Assembly: GCA_014874485.1 (NCBI GenBank)
Contig: JADBJK010000055.1
Location: 10,243-74,242 of the forward strand
DNA from: Chloroflexota bacterium
GTDB lineage: Bacteria > Chloroflexota > Anaerolineae > DTLA01
Reading direction: 5' to 3'
Length of the DNA: 64,000 nt
The stretch's first letter is position 1; each line of letters opens with the position of its first letter. Below are positions 1 through 14,027 of the stretch, piece by piece. Under the pieces are notes generated by a model. That model did not search any database and had not been told where the DNA came from. It worked only from the letters and a program-made list of their open reading frames with translations. Position numbers and translations under genes: made by a program.

Positions 1-1
1 C

Positions 2-1474
<1,473 letters not shown>

Positions 1475-1537
1475 CGGCGGCGGGAATCGGGGATACAAGG
1501 CAACCACGAATGGGCGCGAAGGCGATGTGGCACCCCG

Positions 1538-2001
1538 GAGATTGCTTCGGGCGCTTCGCGCCCTCGCAATGACATCCCATCTGTCCTTGCGAGCGAAGCG
1601 AAGCATCTCGGTCGGCGAGATTCTTCGGCGCTTCGCGCCTCAGAATGACAGTCTGGCTCTGTCATTGCGAGCGAAGCGAAGCATCTCGGTCGGCGAGATT
1701 CTTCGGCGCTTCGCGCCTCAGAATGACAGTCTGGCTCTGTCATTGCGAGCGAAGCGAAGCATCTCGGTCGGCGAGATTCTTCGGCGCTCCGCGCCTCAGA
1801 ATGACAGTCTGGCTCTGTCATTGCGAGCGAAGCGAAGCATCTCGGTCGGCGAGATTCTTCGGCGCTCCGCGCCTCAGAATGACAGTCTGGCTCTGTCATT
1901 GCGAGCGAAGCGAAGCATCTCGGTCGGCGAGATTCTTCGCGGCTTCGCCGCTCAGAATGACAGGGCGGGGGGCTGTCATTGCGAGCGAAGCGAAGCAATC
2001 C
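1538..2001. repeat. Tandem array of about 6 near-identical 78-bp units built from the palindromic element tgtcattgcgagcgaagcgaagc...cgcttcgcgcctcagaatgaca
   Basis: Direct reading gives period 78 bp with copies starting near 1659, 1737, 1815, 1893 and 1971. The array sits in the convergent gap between gyrB (+) and sigA (-). Confidence 0.9.
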
Positions 2002-2061
2002 CCACGTGCCTTCTCACGCCATGCTTCGCGGCTCAAACGGCAGGGGCCAGCCCTACGCGTA

Positions 2062-3156
2062 CTACCGCAGGTAGTCCCGCAGTTTGCTGCTGCGGCGGGG
2101 ATGGCGCAGCCGCGTGAGCGCCTGGGCCTCTCTCTGGCGGATGCGCTCGCGGGTGAGGCCGAACTTGCGCCCCACCTCCTCCAGCGTGTGCGTCTGCCCG
2201 TCCACCAGGCCGAAGCGCATCTGCAGAATCCGCACCTCGCGCTGGCTGAGGGCGCACATGAGTTCCTCCAGTTGCTCGCGGAGGAGGGAGCGCGAGGCCG
2301 CCGTGCTGGGGCTGACCGACGTCTCGTCCTTGATGAACTCGCCCAACTCGCTGTCGCCGTCCTCCCCGACGGGGGCCTCCAGCGACAGGATGCGCGTGGC
2401 CGCCTTCATGATGCGGCGCACCTTGTCCTCGGGCAGGTTCAGGCGCTCGGCCAGTTCTTCGTGCGTCGGCTCGCGTCCCAGTTCCTGCGCCATGTCCTGC
2501 GACATGCGGGCCACGCGGGCGATCTGGTCGTGCATGTGGATGGGGACGCGGATGGTGCGGCTCTGGTCGGCCACCGCGCGGGCCACCGCCTGGCGAATCC
2601 ACCACGTGGCGTAGGTGCTGAACTTGTAGCCGCGGCGATAGTCAAACTTCTTGACCGCGCGAATGAGGCCGATGTTGCCCTCCTGAATCAGGTCCAGGAA
2701 TGGCACTCCCCTGCCGATGTACTTCTTGGCGATGCTGACGACAAGGCGCGAGTTGGCGCGGATGAGGTGATCGCGGGCCTCCTCCCCTTCACGGACCCAG
2801 GCCTCCAGTCGCTCGCGGCGCGCGGGCGAGAGATTGGGCTGTTCCAGCATGCGCCGCGCCTTCTGCCCGCGCTCCATGCGCTTGGCGAGGGCCACCTCAT
2901 CCTCGGCGGTGAGCAGGGGCACGCGGCCAATCTCCCGCAAGTACAGGTTGATCGGATCGCTCACGTCGGCGGGCGATTCGTCAATCTCCGGGTACTCTCC
3001 CGCGTCCAGGTCGGGGACATCGTCGTCGGCCAGCGCTTCCATGGCAGGCCAAGGGGCTTCGTCGTCAAGGGGACAGAGGGCAAAATCCTCTTCCGGTTCG
3101 GTGAATGCAGCAACCTCGTCGTCCGTCTCGCCGATTGGTAGGCGGTTAAGGTTCAA
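2062..3156 (-). CDS. sigA: RNA polymerase sigma-70 factor (SigA/RpoD family)
   Basis: Region 1.2 through 4 motifs are present: [62 protein letters not shown], and the C-terminal 4.2 HTH. Confidence 0.9.
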   Translation of the reverse strand: MNLNRLPIGETDDEVAAFTEPEEDFALCPLDDEAPWPAMEALADDDVPDLDAGEYPEIDESPADVSDPINLYLREIGRVPLLTAEDEVALAKRMERGQKARRMLEQPNLSPARRERLEAWVREGEEARDHLIRANSRLVVSIAKKYIGRGVPFLDLIQEGNIGLIRAVKKFDYRRGYKFSTYATWWIRQAVARAVADQSRTIRVPIHMHDQIARVARMSQDMAQELGREPTHEELAERLNLPEDKVRRIMKAATRILSLEAPVGEDGDSELGEFIKDETSVSPSTAASRSLLREQLEELMCALSQREVRILQMRFGLVDGQTHTLEEVGRKFGLTRERIRQREAQALTRLRHPRRSSKLRDYLR

Positions 3157-3630
3157 GTTGCCTCCTCACTCTATGATCCATCTATAAAACGTGCGAACGT
3201 GCGATCCAGTTCCGATGAGACCGATAGGCTCACTACCACCGAGCGTTCCCAAACCCTTCTCATTATTATACCACAGTTTTCGTAAAATGGCACAATGAAT
3301 TTTCGCGTAGATTCGGTTTTGCCCCTTGTCGGTGGGGCGGGCCACGCGGCCTGCGCGAACCATCGTCCTGGGGGCGAAGCATCTCGGACGGGAACTGCGC
3401 CCTGCGCCGCTTCGTGCAGATTCGGGGTCTTCGCGTATGAAACCTTCACCTTCATTCGCGCAGGTCCGTCGGCCCGCGCGGCTCCGCGTTTCTTCGCCGC
3501 GTCGCGGTTGAGGACGACCGTGCCACCGGCAAACTGGGGTGGGCGTGTTCAATCAGGCCCGCCCCCACATCCCCCTTTGGCGCGCCCTGTGGTATAATGC
3601 GCCAACACCCACGAAAGGACATCCAAGCGA

Positions 3631-4125
3631 ATGGACGAAGACCGGACAAAGCCCGAAGTCGCCATCGCCGAGTTGCTCGTGCAGCGGCGGCTGACCTTGG
3701 CCGTGGCCGAATCGTGCACGGGCGGCCTTATCTGCCACCGCATCACCAACGTGCCGGGGAGTTCGCGCTATCTGGAGGGCGGCGTCGTGGCCTACTCCTA
3801 CGCGGCGAAGGAACGCATCCTGGGCGTGGATCACGACACGCTGTACGAGCACGGGGCGGTGAGCGAGGAGACGGCGCGCGAGATGGCCGACAACGTCCGG
3901 CGCGCGTTCGGCACGGACATCGGCCTGGCGGTTACGGGCATCGCCGGGCCGACGGGCGGGCTTCCGGGCAAGCCGGTGGGGCTGGTGTACATCGCGCTGT
4001 CGGCGCGGGGGTTCTCGCAGTGCGTGCGGCACGTGTGGCCCTTTGACCGCGAGGGCAACAAGGCGGCCTCCGCGGAAGCCGCCCTGCAGATGCTGCTGAC
4101 GTACCTGCGGAACCTGGACAGGTAG
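3631..4125 (+). CDS. CinA C-terminal domain protein (PncC-like nicotinamide-nucleotide amidohydrolase)
   Basis: LTLAVAESCTGGLICHRITNVPGSSRYLEGGVVAYSYAAKERILGV is the CinA_C signature. A TGgTATAAT extended -10 lies about 35 nt upstream. Confidence 0.85.
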   Translation: MDEDRTKPEVAIAELLVQRRLTLAVAESCTGGLICHRITNVPGSSRYLEGGVVAYSYAAKERILGVDHDTLYEHGAVSEETAREMADNVRRAFGTDIGLAVTGIAGPTGGLPGKPVGLVYIALSARGFSQCVRHVWPFDREGNKAASAEAALQMLLTYLRNLDR

Positions 4126-4134
4126 CGCGGCCCG

Positions 4135-4539
4135 CTACTTGCCCGCGCGTTCGGCCTTTTCGCGCACCTTCTGCCCGAAGCGCTGCACGTCTATGATCGC
4201 GCGGGTGTGGGTGCCCTCGCCGATCTTCTCCTGCTCGTCCCACGCTTCCACGCGGAACACCAGTTTGCGGCCGTCCACCTGCACCAGTTCGGACTTGGCC
4301 GTAACCGTCATGCCGACCGGCGTGGCCGCCAGGTGGCGCACGTCCAGGCCGATGCCTACCGTCCGGTGCCCTTCGGGCAACAGGTGGTCCACCGCCTTGA
4401 CGGAGGCGATCTCCATCAGCAGGATCATCTGCGGCGTGGCGAACACGTGAACGTTGCCGCTGCCCAGGTGCTTGGCCGTATGTTCAGGCCCCACCACGAG
4501 ACTCACCGTGCCCGTGAGGCCGGGCGTGAGTTGTTCCAT
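4135..4539 (-). CDS. Hotdog-fold thioesterase family protein
   Basis: 134 aa with a hotdog/thioesterase-like sequence. Start chosen at MEQLTPG, which is preceded by an AAGGAGGG RBS. Confidence 0.7.
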   Translation of the reverse strand: MEQLTPGLTGTVSLVVGPEHTAKHLGSGNVHVFATPQMILLMEIASVKAVDHLLPEGHRTVGIGLDVRHLAATPVGMTVTAKSELVQVDGRKLVFRVEAWDEQEKIGEGTHTRAIIDVQRFGQKVREKAERAGK

Positions 4540-4622
4540 CGGGTTCCCTCCTTGCGTGCGGTGTCTTCGGGCATGAAAAGAGCCAGGCACGGACGTCCTG
4601 GCTCGCCGGGTGTGCGCGTCGC

Positions 4623-6458
<1,836 letters not shown>

Positions 6459-6769
6459 CCTCTATCCTCCGTATTTCACCCGCCTCTGTGAGGCGCCTCT
6501 AAATCCATCACTCAACGGACGGCCCGCTTTGTCCCCGTCCATATTCCATTCCATTTCCAACTTTATATTATACCAGACTTTGCCCGTGCACACCAAAAAG
6601 CCCGCCGCGGGTTCATCTGTTGTTGCCAGGTCGCACGCCGCCCGTCGTGCCTGATTGCGAGCGGAGCAGCCTGTGCGCTCCGCGCGTCAGAACGACAGGA
6701 CGGGCAGGAGCGCCCTGGATAGCCCCGCCCTTCTGTTGCGACGTCCTGCGAAGCGCGTCGCAATTGCCC

Positions 6770-6962
6770 CCTCTGGTGCATTTCAATTTGGGGGTGAGGC
6801 TGTTGCCATGGGCAGCCTCTTTTCCCCTGACGTAGAGCGATGGATCTGCTTGACCTCACCTAACCCCTCCCGCACCCTCCCCTTTCCTCTCCGCGGGCGG
6901 AGAGGAAAGGGGAGGGCCGGGGTTGGGGATAGGTGAGGTAGATTCCGCTCGGCAACCTAACG
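6770..6962 (+). repeat. About 190-bp C-rich element with a long imperfect hairpin (copy A). A near-identical copy lies at 29271-29458.
   Basis: Aligns to 29271-29458. The internal 17-bp perfect stem is cctcccctttcctctcc/ggagaggaaaggggagg, and the outer stem is cctcacctaacccc/ggggataggtgagg. Confidence 0.8.
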
Positions 6963-7139
6963 ATGCTTGGTCATTCCGCCCCAAAATTGAAATACACCCG
7001 CCCCCTCTGGCGGTCTCCAGCAAAGCGTGGAACTGAGCGACACAACCTGCATTCTGGGTCCGCTTTTGACACGCGGCGCGTTCTATGCTATGCTTTGGCC
7101 AACAACACGATACGCAAGGCGACGAACGGGAACAGTAGG

Positions 7140-7455
7140 CGGCCCGCAAAGGCCCCAGCGAGCCGGAACGGTGAAAGCCGGCGCCCGCGCACCGCCGAAC
7201 CCGCCCGGGAGCCAGCGGCGAAAAGGCCCGCCCGATAAGCCGCTTCGGGTTCCGCCCGTTACCGCGGAGCGGTCTGGCGCTTTCCGTCATTGCCGATGAG
7301 CGCACCGACGAAGAACCTCGCGGCAGAGGATTCTTCGCTCCGCTCGGAATGACAATGACCGGAGGCAGACCGGCTGAGCGGCCGATGCCTCGGCCAGCAA
7401 GGTGGTACCACGGGGTCATCCGCCTCGTCCTTGTAGGACGGGGCGTTTTTGTTGA
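7140..7455 (+). promoter_or_regulatory. Putative T-box leader (tRNA-Pro sensing) upstream of proS
   Basis: T-box-like motif aaGGTGGTACCACGG at 7399-7413. It is followed by a hairpin ccgcctcgtcc-ttgt-aggacggggcg plus TTTTT at 7421-7453. A family-1 palindromic repeat (7285-7355) is embedded in the leader. Confidence 0.4.
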
Positions 7456-7520
7456 ACGACGAGCGGTCAGCAGTCAGCCCACGAATTCACGACCGCTGAC
7501 CGCTGACCGCTGATTGCTGA

Positions 7521-8987
<1,467 letters not shown>

Positions 8988-9252
8988 CCGCTAGGCGGTG
9001 ATGCCTCGCCGCGGAGCGCTGAGATTCGCACCGTACGCCGAACGTGGACATGCCCCCGACCCAGCGCCCTCGCGAAGGGACAAGGTGCGGGGCCGCGCAT
9101 GGGGCGGGGGCGAAGCGAACCAACCCCTGACCGCGGGGACTGCCCTGCGGCATTCGGCGCGCAGGCCCGGAGGGCTTCCCTTCCGGGCCTGGCAAGACCG
9201 TTCTCTTGTTGGGCCGGCGTGCGACGGTGCAGGCCGGGCCCCGGCCGCAAAC

Positions 9253-10347
9253 CTACGCCGCCGCGGGCGCGGGGGCGAACATCCGCTTCCTCAGCGCAAA
9301 CGCCACGTTCACCAGGCCGATCATCACCGGCACCTCAATCAGCGGGCCGATGACGGCGGCGAAGGCCGCGCCCGACTCAATCCCGAAGACCGCCACGGCC
9401 ACCGCGATGGCCAGTTCAAAGTTGTTGCTGGCGGCGGTGAAGGCCAGCGTCGTCGTCTTGCGGTAGTCCGCGCCGATCTTGTGCCCCATCCAGAAACTGA
9501 CCAGGAACATGATCACGAAGTAGAAGACCAGCGGGATCGCGATGCGCACCACGTCCAGCGGGATGGTAACGATGAGGTTCCCCTTCAGGCTGAACATCAC
9601 CACGATGGTGAACAGGAGCGCGCCCAGCGTCATCGGGCTGATGCGCGGCACGAACTGGGTCTCGTACCATTCGCGGCCCTTGGCCCGCATGAGGATGAGG
9701 CGGGTGAGGAACCCGGCGATGAACGGGATGCCCAGGTAGATGAACACGCTCTTGGCGATTTCGCCGATGGTAACGTGCACCACCGTGCCCTGCAGGCCGA
9801 ACCACCCGGGCAGCACGGTGATGAACACGTAGGCGTACACGCTATAGAAGAAGACCTGGAACAGGCTGTTGAACGCCACCAGGCCCGCAGCGTACTCCGT
9901 ATCGCCGTGCGCCAGTTCGTTCCACACGATGACCATCGCGATGCAGCGCGCCAGGCCGATCATGATGAGGCCGGCCATGTATTCGGGATAGGCGCGCAGG
10001 AACACGATGGCGAGGATGAACATGAGGATGGGGCCGATGATCCAGTTCTGCAATAGCGAGAACCCCAGGATCTTCCAGTTGCGGAACACGTCCCCCAGTT
10101 CCTCGTAGTGCACCTTCGCCAGCGGCGGGTACATCATGAGGATTAGCCCGATGGCGATGGGGATGTTGGTTGTGCCCACCGACACGGCCTTGTTGAAGGA
10201 CTGCACGGCGGCGGGGAACAGGTATCCCAGGCCCACGCCCACCGCCATCGCCAGGAAAATCCACAGGGTCAGGAAGCGGTCCAGAACCGACAGTTTTGCG
10301 ACCACACGCGGGGCCGCCGTTGGTGCTGCTGAGACGTTTTCTGCCAT
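9253..10347 (-). CDS. arsB: Arsenite efflux transporter, ACR3 family
   Basis: [27 protein letters not shown]...[25 protein letters not shown]...[13 protein letters not shown] is typical ACR3. Start placed at MAENVS with an AAGGAGAG RBS. Confidence 0.9.
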   Translation of the reverse strand: MAENVSAAPTAAPRVVAKLSVLDRFLTLWIFLAMAVGVGLGYLFPAAVQSFNKAVSVGTTNIPIAIGLILMMYPPLAKVHYEELGDVFRNWKILGFSLLQNWIIGPILMFILAIVFLRAYPEYMAGLIMIGLARCIAMVIVWNELAHGDTEYAAGLVAFNSLFQVFFYSVYAYVFITVLPGWFGLQGTVVHVTIGEIAKSVFIYLGIPFIAGFLTRLILMRAKGREWYETQFVPRISPMTLGALLFTIVVMFSLKGNLIVTIPLDVVRIAIPLVFYFVIMFLVSFWMGHKIGADYRKTTTLAFTAASNNFELAIAVAVAVFGIESGAAFAAVIGPLIEVPVMIGLVNVAFALRKRMFAPAPAAA

Positions 10348-10440
10348 TTGCCTCTCTCCTTGCGTGATATGGGTTGCTTTCCAGGGCAACGCAATCTTCC
10401 GACATGAGCGGAAGCGACCGACAGGAGCGCCGGCCCGGGA

Positions 10441-10683
10441 CTATCCCTCGGCCTCCTTGAGCCAGGCGATGATCTCCTCCTTGCGAGGGATGCGCCCCGA
10501 CGACTTCACCCGGCCGTTGATCACCAGCCCAGGGGTTCCGAGAATCGGGTAGGTCATGATCTCCGCGATGTCGGTTACTTTGACAAACTCGGCCTGGACG
10601 CCGGCTTCCTGCGCGGCCTCGCGGGCCACGCGCTCCAGGCGCAGGCAGTTGGGGCACCCCGTGCCCAGGATTCGGATTTCCAT
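10441..10683 (-). CDS. Thioredoxin-fold small protein (redox-active disulfide protein 2 type, CPNC motif)
   Basis: 80 aa, ILGTGCPNCLRLERV ... GTPGLVINGRV. A GGAGGT RBS precedes it. This family is typically paired with COG0701 permeases. Confidence 0.8.
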   Translation of the reverse strand: MEIRILGTGCPNCLRLERVAREAAQEAGVQAEFVKVTDIAEIMTYPILGTPGLVINGRVKSSGRIPRKEEIIAWLKEAEG

Positions 10684-10712
10684 AGAATCATTACCTCCAT
10701 CAAGTGTTGTGA

Positions 10713-12186
10713 TTACTCGCTCGCGTGGGCCGTCGCTGTAACGCGGCGGTTGCGGCGGTCAATCAAGGCCAGCGCCAGCGCCAGCACCCCAATGCTCGCA
10801 ACCAGATACCCCAGCAACACCAGCGCGCTGGCACCGTCCACCCATGCGCCGTAGATGAGCCCAGACAGCGTGCTGAACAGCGCAACCAGCGCCACGTAGG
10901 TCCAGGCTTTCTTCTTGCCGATAATTTTGGACGTGATGAGAATGCTCTGGAGCGAGAGTTCCGGGTCGGCCATCAGGTAGGCGAGGAGCGGACCGCGGTG
11001 CATTCCCAGGTCCAGGAACATCTTGGCGATGGGCACTTCCACCAGCGTGGGGAAGTACATGAACACGCCGAAGACCACACCCGCGAAGGCGCCCAGGAAG
11101 GTGTTCCGGCCGGCCAGCGTCTGAATCCACTCAGGCTGGATAATGCGGCGGACCATGCCGACGACGAACACGCCCACGATGAGGAGCGGGAATATCTGCT
11201 GCACAAAGCGCCACGTCTCCCAGAGCCACTCCTGGATATCGTAGGGGTCAAAGGCTTTCCAAGCGACGACGCCAATGGCGATCATAGTCAGCGCAACGCC
11301 GAACATCTTGCCCGTGAGCAGGATGTCCAGCCCCCCGGCGTGAGGAACCCAGCCAGCAGCAGCCACGATGAACGTGAGGGCAATGAGGCCCAGCGACACC
11401 CACGTCCACCGGTTGAAGCCCTGGTCCACCTTGCCCAGGCCGCGCCAGGCGGTCAGCCCGATGAGCGCCAGCAGGCCGATAAGGATTGCCCCCTGCGCCG
11501 AGACGCCCTCCTCGCCCTTCGCGGCGTCAAAAGGCACCAGTTGGTACAGGAAGTCCTGGAAACGATCCATGCCGCTGATGGGAAGCGTGATGGTCGCGTA
11601 GGAGTTGGTGAACAGGCCAACCTTCAGCGTACCAGCGATGAGCAGCGCGACCAACAGCAACAGGAAGATGAGCGTCTTGCGATGCAGCGTGGTCTTTACA
11701 TCCATCCCGTTGGTCTCCAGGTCGTGCTGGGCATCGTCCTTGCGGAAGATGAGCGCCATGATCAGGCCGATACCGATGCCGAAGGTAACGGACAGGATGA
11801 TGCGGGCCAGCGCGATGTCGCCGCCAATCGCCACGCCGGTATAGGCCAGGGCCAGGATGTTGCCCGCCGGCGCGAAGAACAGGAACGTCATGGCTGGGCC
11901 CAACCCCGCGCCCTTGCGGTAGATGCCCGCGAATAGCGGCACGATGGTGCAGGAGCACACGGCGAGGACGCTCCCCGCGAGCGCCGCGGCGGGGTAGGAA
12001 ATGTACTTTGGGGTATTCCGGCCCAAAAAGCGCGTGATGGCTTCCTTGGGGACAAGGGCCGTGAGCGCGCCCGCGATGAAAAACGCGGGCAGAAGGCACA
12101 ACAGTACGTGGGCCGCGAGGTACGACGCCAGATTCCCCAGGCCCGACTGCAACAGGTACACGATGTAGTTCAGCGCTTCGGACACG
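10713..12186 (-). CDS. Duplicated-domain permease of the COG0701/ArsP-like family
   Basis: Multi-TM protein carrying the CSCTIVPLFAGIYRKGAGLGPAMTFLFFAPAGNILAL hallmark. Start inferred at a GTG preceded by GGGAGG; the longer ORF in the track has no plausible start context. Confidence 0.75.
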
Positions 12187-12393
12187 AAAGCCTCCCGGAG
12201 TTCTGCGAATGATCCGATGGCGGCAGGCTGCCTGCGATGGGTACCTGGCCGGTGTGAATCATTCAGTTTTCTGAATATTTTATGCGGGCCAGTGGATTTG
12301 TCAAATTCGCGCCCTGCGCGCGTTGCCAATCTGCGAGACCTGGTGTATACTGGGACTCGCAACGAAATGTACAGCATGAAGGAGGGCGCGTCC

Positions 12394-13527
12394 ATGAAAG
12401 TCTCCTGTCTGCAGGACAATCTTGCGAAGGGCCTGTCCATCGTTCAGCGCGCGGTCCCAAGCCGCTCCTCTCTCCCCATCCTGGGCACCATTCTGGTTGC
12501 GACCGACGGCCCCCGCCTGAAGTTGGCGGCCACCAATCTGGAGATCGGCATCAACTGCTGGATCGGCGCCAAGGTGGAGGACGAGGGAGCCGTGGCCATT
12601 CCCGCGCGCCTTCTGGTGGATTTCGTCAACTCGCTGCCTCCTGAGCGCATAGAGATGGACCTGAACGTGCGCACCAACACCCTGCACCTGAAGTGCGCCC
12701 GCTTTGAAGCCAACATGAACGGCATGGACCCCTCGGACTTTCCGGTCATCCCCGCGCCGGAGGAGAACAACCGCGTGTCCATGGACGCGGATGTGCTCCG
12801 CGACGTGATACGTCAGGTTACCATCGCCGCCGCCACCGACGAGAGCCGCCCGGTGCTGACCGGCGTTTCGGTAACCGTGGAGGGCGGCCAGGCCACCTTC
12901 GCGGCCGCCGACGGGTTCCGCCTTTCGGTTCGCACCGCGCCACTTAAGGAGGCGGCTGCGGCCCCCATGACGTTCATCGTCCCGGCCCGCGCCCTGGACG
13001 AACTCGCACGCATCGCCACGGACCAGGAAGACCCCGTGGAGATGTGCATCCCCGAAGGGCGCAACCAAATCCTGTTCCACCTGAGCAGCGTGGATTTGGT
13101 CTCGCAACTGATAGAGGGCCGCTTCCCGGACTACAAGCAGATCATCCCGCGCGCCTTCACGACGCGCACGGTGATGAACACCGGCGAACTCCTGCAGGCT
13201 GTGAAGACGACGAACATCTACGCCCGTGAGGCTTCCAACATCGTGAAGTTGCGCATCGTCCCCGGCAATGACCTGGCGCCCGCGCACGTGGAACTGAACG
13301 CGACCGCGGCCCAGGTGGGCGACAACGTGGGCGAGGTGGACGCCACGGTGGAAGGCCAGGGCCTGGAGATCGCCTTCAACTCCCGCTACCTGATTGACGT
13401 GCTGTCCGTCATCTCGGAGGCGCAGGTGGCGCTGGAGACCACCACGCCGTCCAGCCCAGGGGTCATCCGCCCCGTGGGTTCCGGCGACTTCCTGCACGTG
13501 GTGATGCCCATGCACATCACGCAGTAG
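12394..13527 (+). CDS. dnaN: DNA polymerase III beta sliding clamp
   Basis: MKVSCLQDNLAKGLSIVQRAV...PILGTILVATDG...; three-domain length about 377 aa. An AAGGAGGG RBS sits 6 nt upstream of the ATG at 12394. Confidence 0.95.
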   Translation: MKVSCLQDNLAKGLSIVQRAVPSRSSLPILGTILVATDGPRLKLAATNLEIGINCWIGAKVEDEGAVAIPARLLVDFVNSLPPERIEMDLNVRTNTLHLKCARFEANMNGMDPSDFPVIPAPEENNRVSMDADVLRDVIRQVTIAAATDESRPVLTGVSVTVEGGQATFAAADGFRLSVRTAPLKEAAAAPMTFIVPARALDELARIATDQEDPVEMCIPEGRNQILFHLSSVDLVSQLIEGRFPDYKQIIPRAFTTRTVMNTGELLQAVKTTNIYAREASNIVKLRIVPGNDLAPAHVELNATAAQVGDNVGEVDATVEGQGLEIAFNSRYLIDVLSVISEAQVALETTTPSSPGVIRPVGSGDFLHVVMPMHITQ

Positions 13528-13529
13528 GC

Positions 13530-13870
13530 GGGATTCACCGCAGAGAGCGCAGAGAGCGCAGAGGGGAAAAGAATATCGTCTCTCTGCGCTCTCTTTGTCC
13601 ATACGGCGCATCATACCGCGCCGCTTTTGTTTTGCCGCCCTCTGGTGCTATAATCCACAGCGGGTACGCGGAAATCGCCGCCGTTTCACCGCAGAGCACG
13701 CTGAGAGCGCAGAGGGGAAAAGAATATCGTCTCTCTGCGCTCTCTTTGTCCATACGGCGCATCATACCGCGCCGCTTTTGTTTTGCCGCCCTCTGGTGCT
13801 ATAATCCACAGCGGGTACGCGGAAATCGCCGCCGTTTCACCGCAGAGCACGCTGAGAGCGCAGAGGATAG
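13530..13870 (+). repeat. Tandem units of about 153 bp. Each carries a 12-bp perfect hairpin and a terminator, and the middle units carry a TTGttt-N16-TATAAT promoter.
   Basis: Unit: ...caccgcagagcacgctgaGAGAGCGCAGAGgggaaaagaatatcgtCTCTCTGCGCTCTCtttgtccatacGGCGCatcataccGCGCCgcTTTTGTTTTgccgccctctggtgcTATAATccacagcgg. TATAAT occurs at 13649-13654 and 13800-13805. Confidence 0.85.
13661..13785 (+). ncRNA. Candidate small RNA. It would be transcribed from the repeat-borne TATAAT promoter, contain the 12-bp-stem hairpin, and end at an intrinsic terminator.
   Basis: Consensus -10 at 13649-13654, predicted TSS about 7 nt downstream, a stable hairpin, then a GC stem plus cTTTTGTTTT at about 13756-13785. 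No coding potential. Confidence 0.35.
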
Positions 13871-14027
13871 GGCCTTTCGCCATGGCCTTTGGCCTCTGGC
13901 TCCTGGCAGCCGTCCAGAGCAACATGCGGATGGCGAAGGGCCAGCGGCTCTGGCTACCATCTCCGCGTTGTTGGCGCGCGGATCTTTCAGCGCGACCCAA
14001 CGGACAACGGTTCACGGAGAGGATGGT

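Noticed and set aside
1538-2001. Possible CRISPR array (regular direct repeats)
   Set aside because: The whole 78-bp units are near-identical, so there are no variable spacers. Units are themselves inverted repeats. No cas genes are nearby. The same element is dispersed as single copies.
3166-3597. Small ORFs (61-128 aa) in the sigA/cinA divergent region
   Set aside because: The region contains the two outward-facing extended -10 promoters. The ORFs lack RBS and homology and overlap each other.
13632-14027. 5' extension of recF through the tandem repeat units (track ORF 536 aa)
   Set aside because: The RecF homology begins at LRLKRLTLVNFRNY. The upstream part is translated repeat/promoter DNA. 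An in-frame TTG with an RBS at 14028 gives a RecF of normal length.
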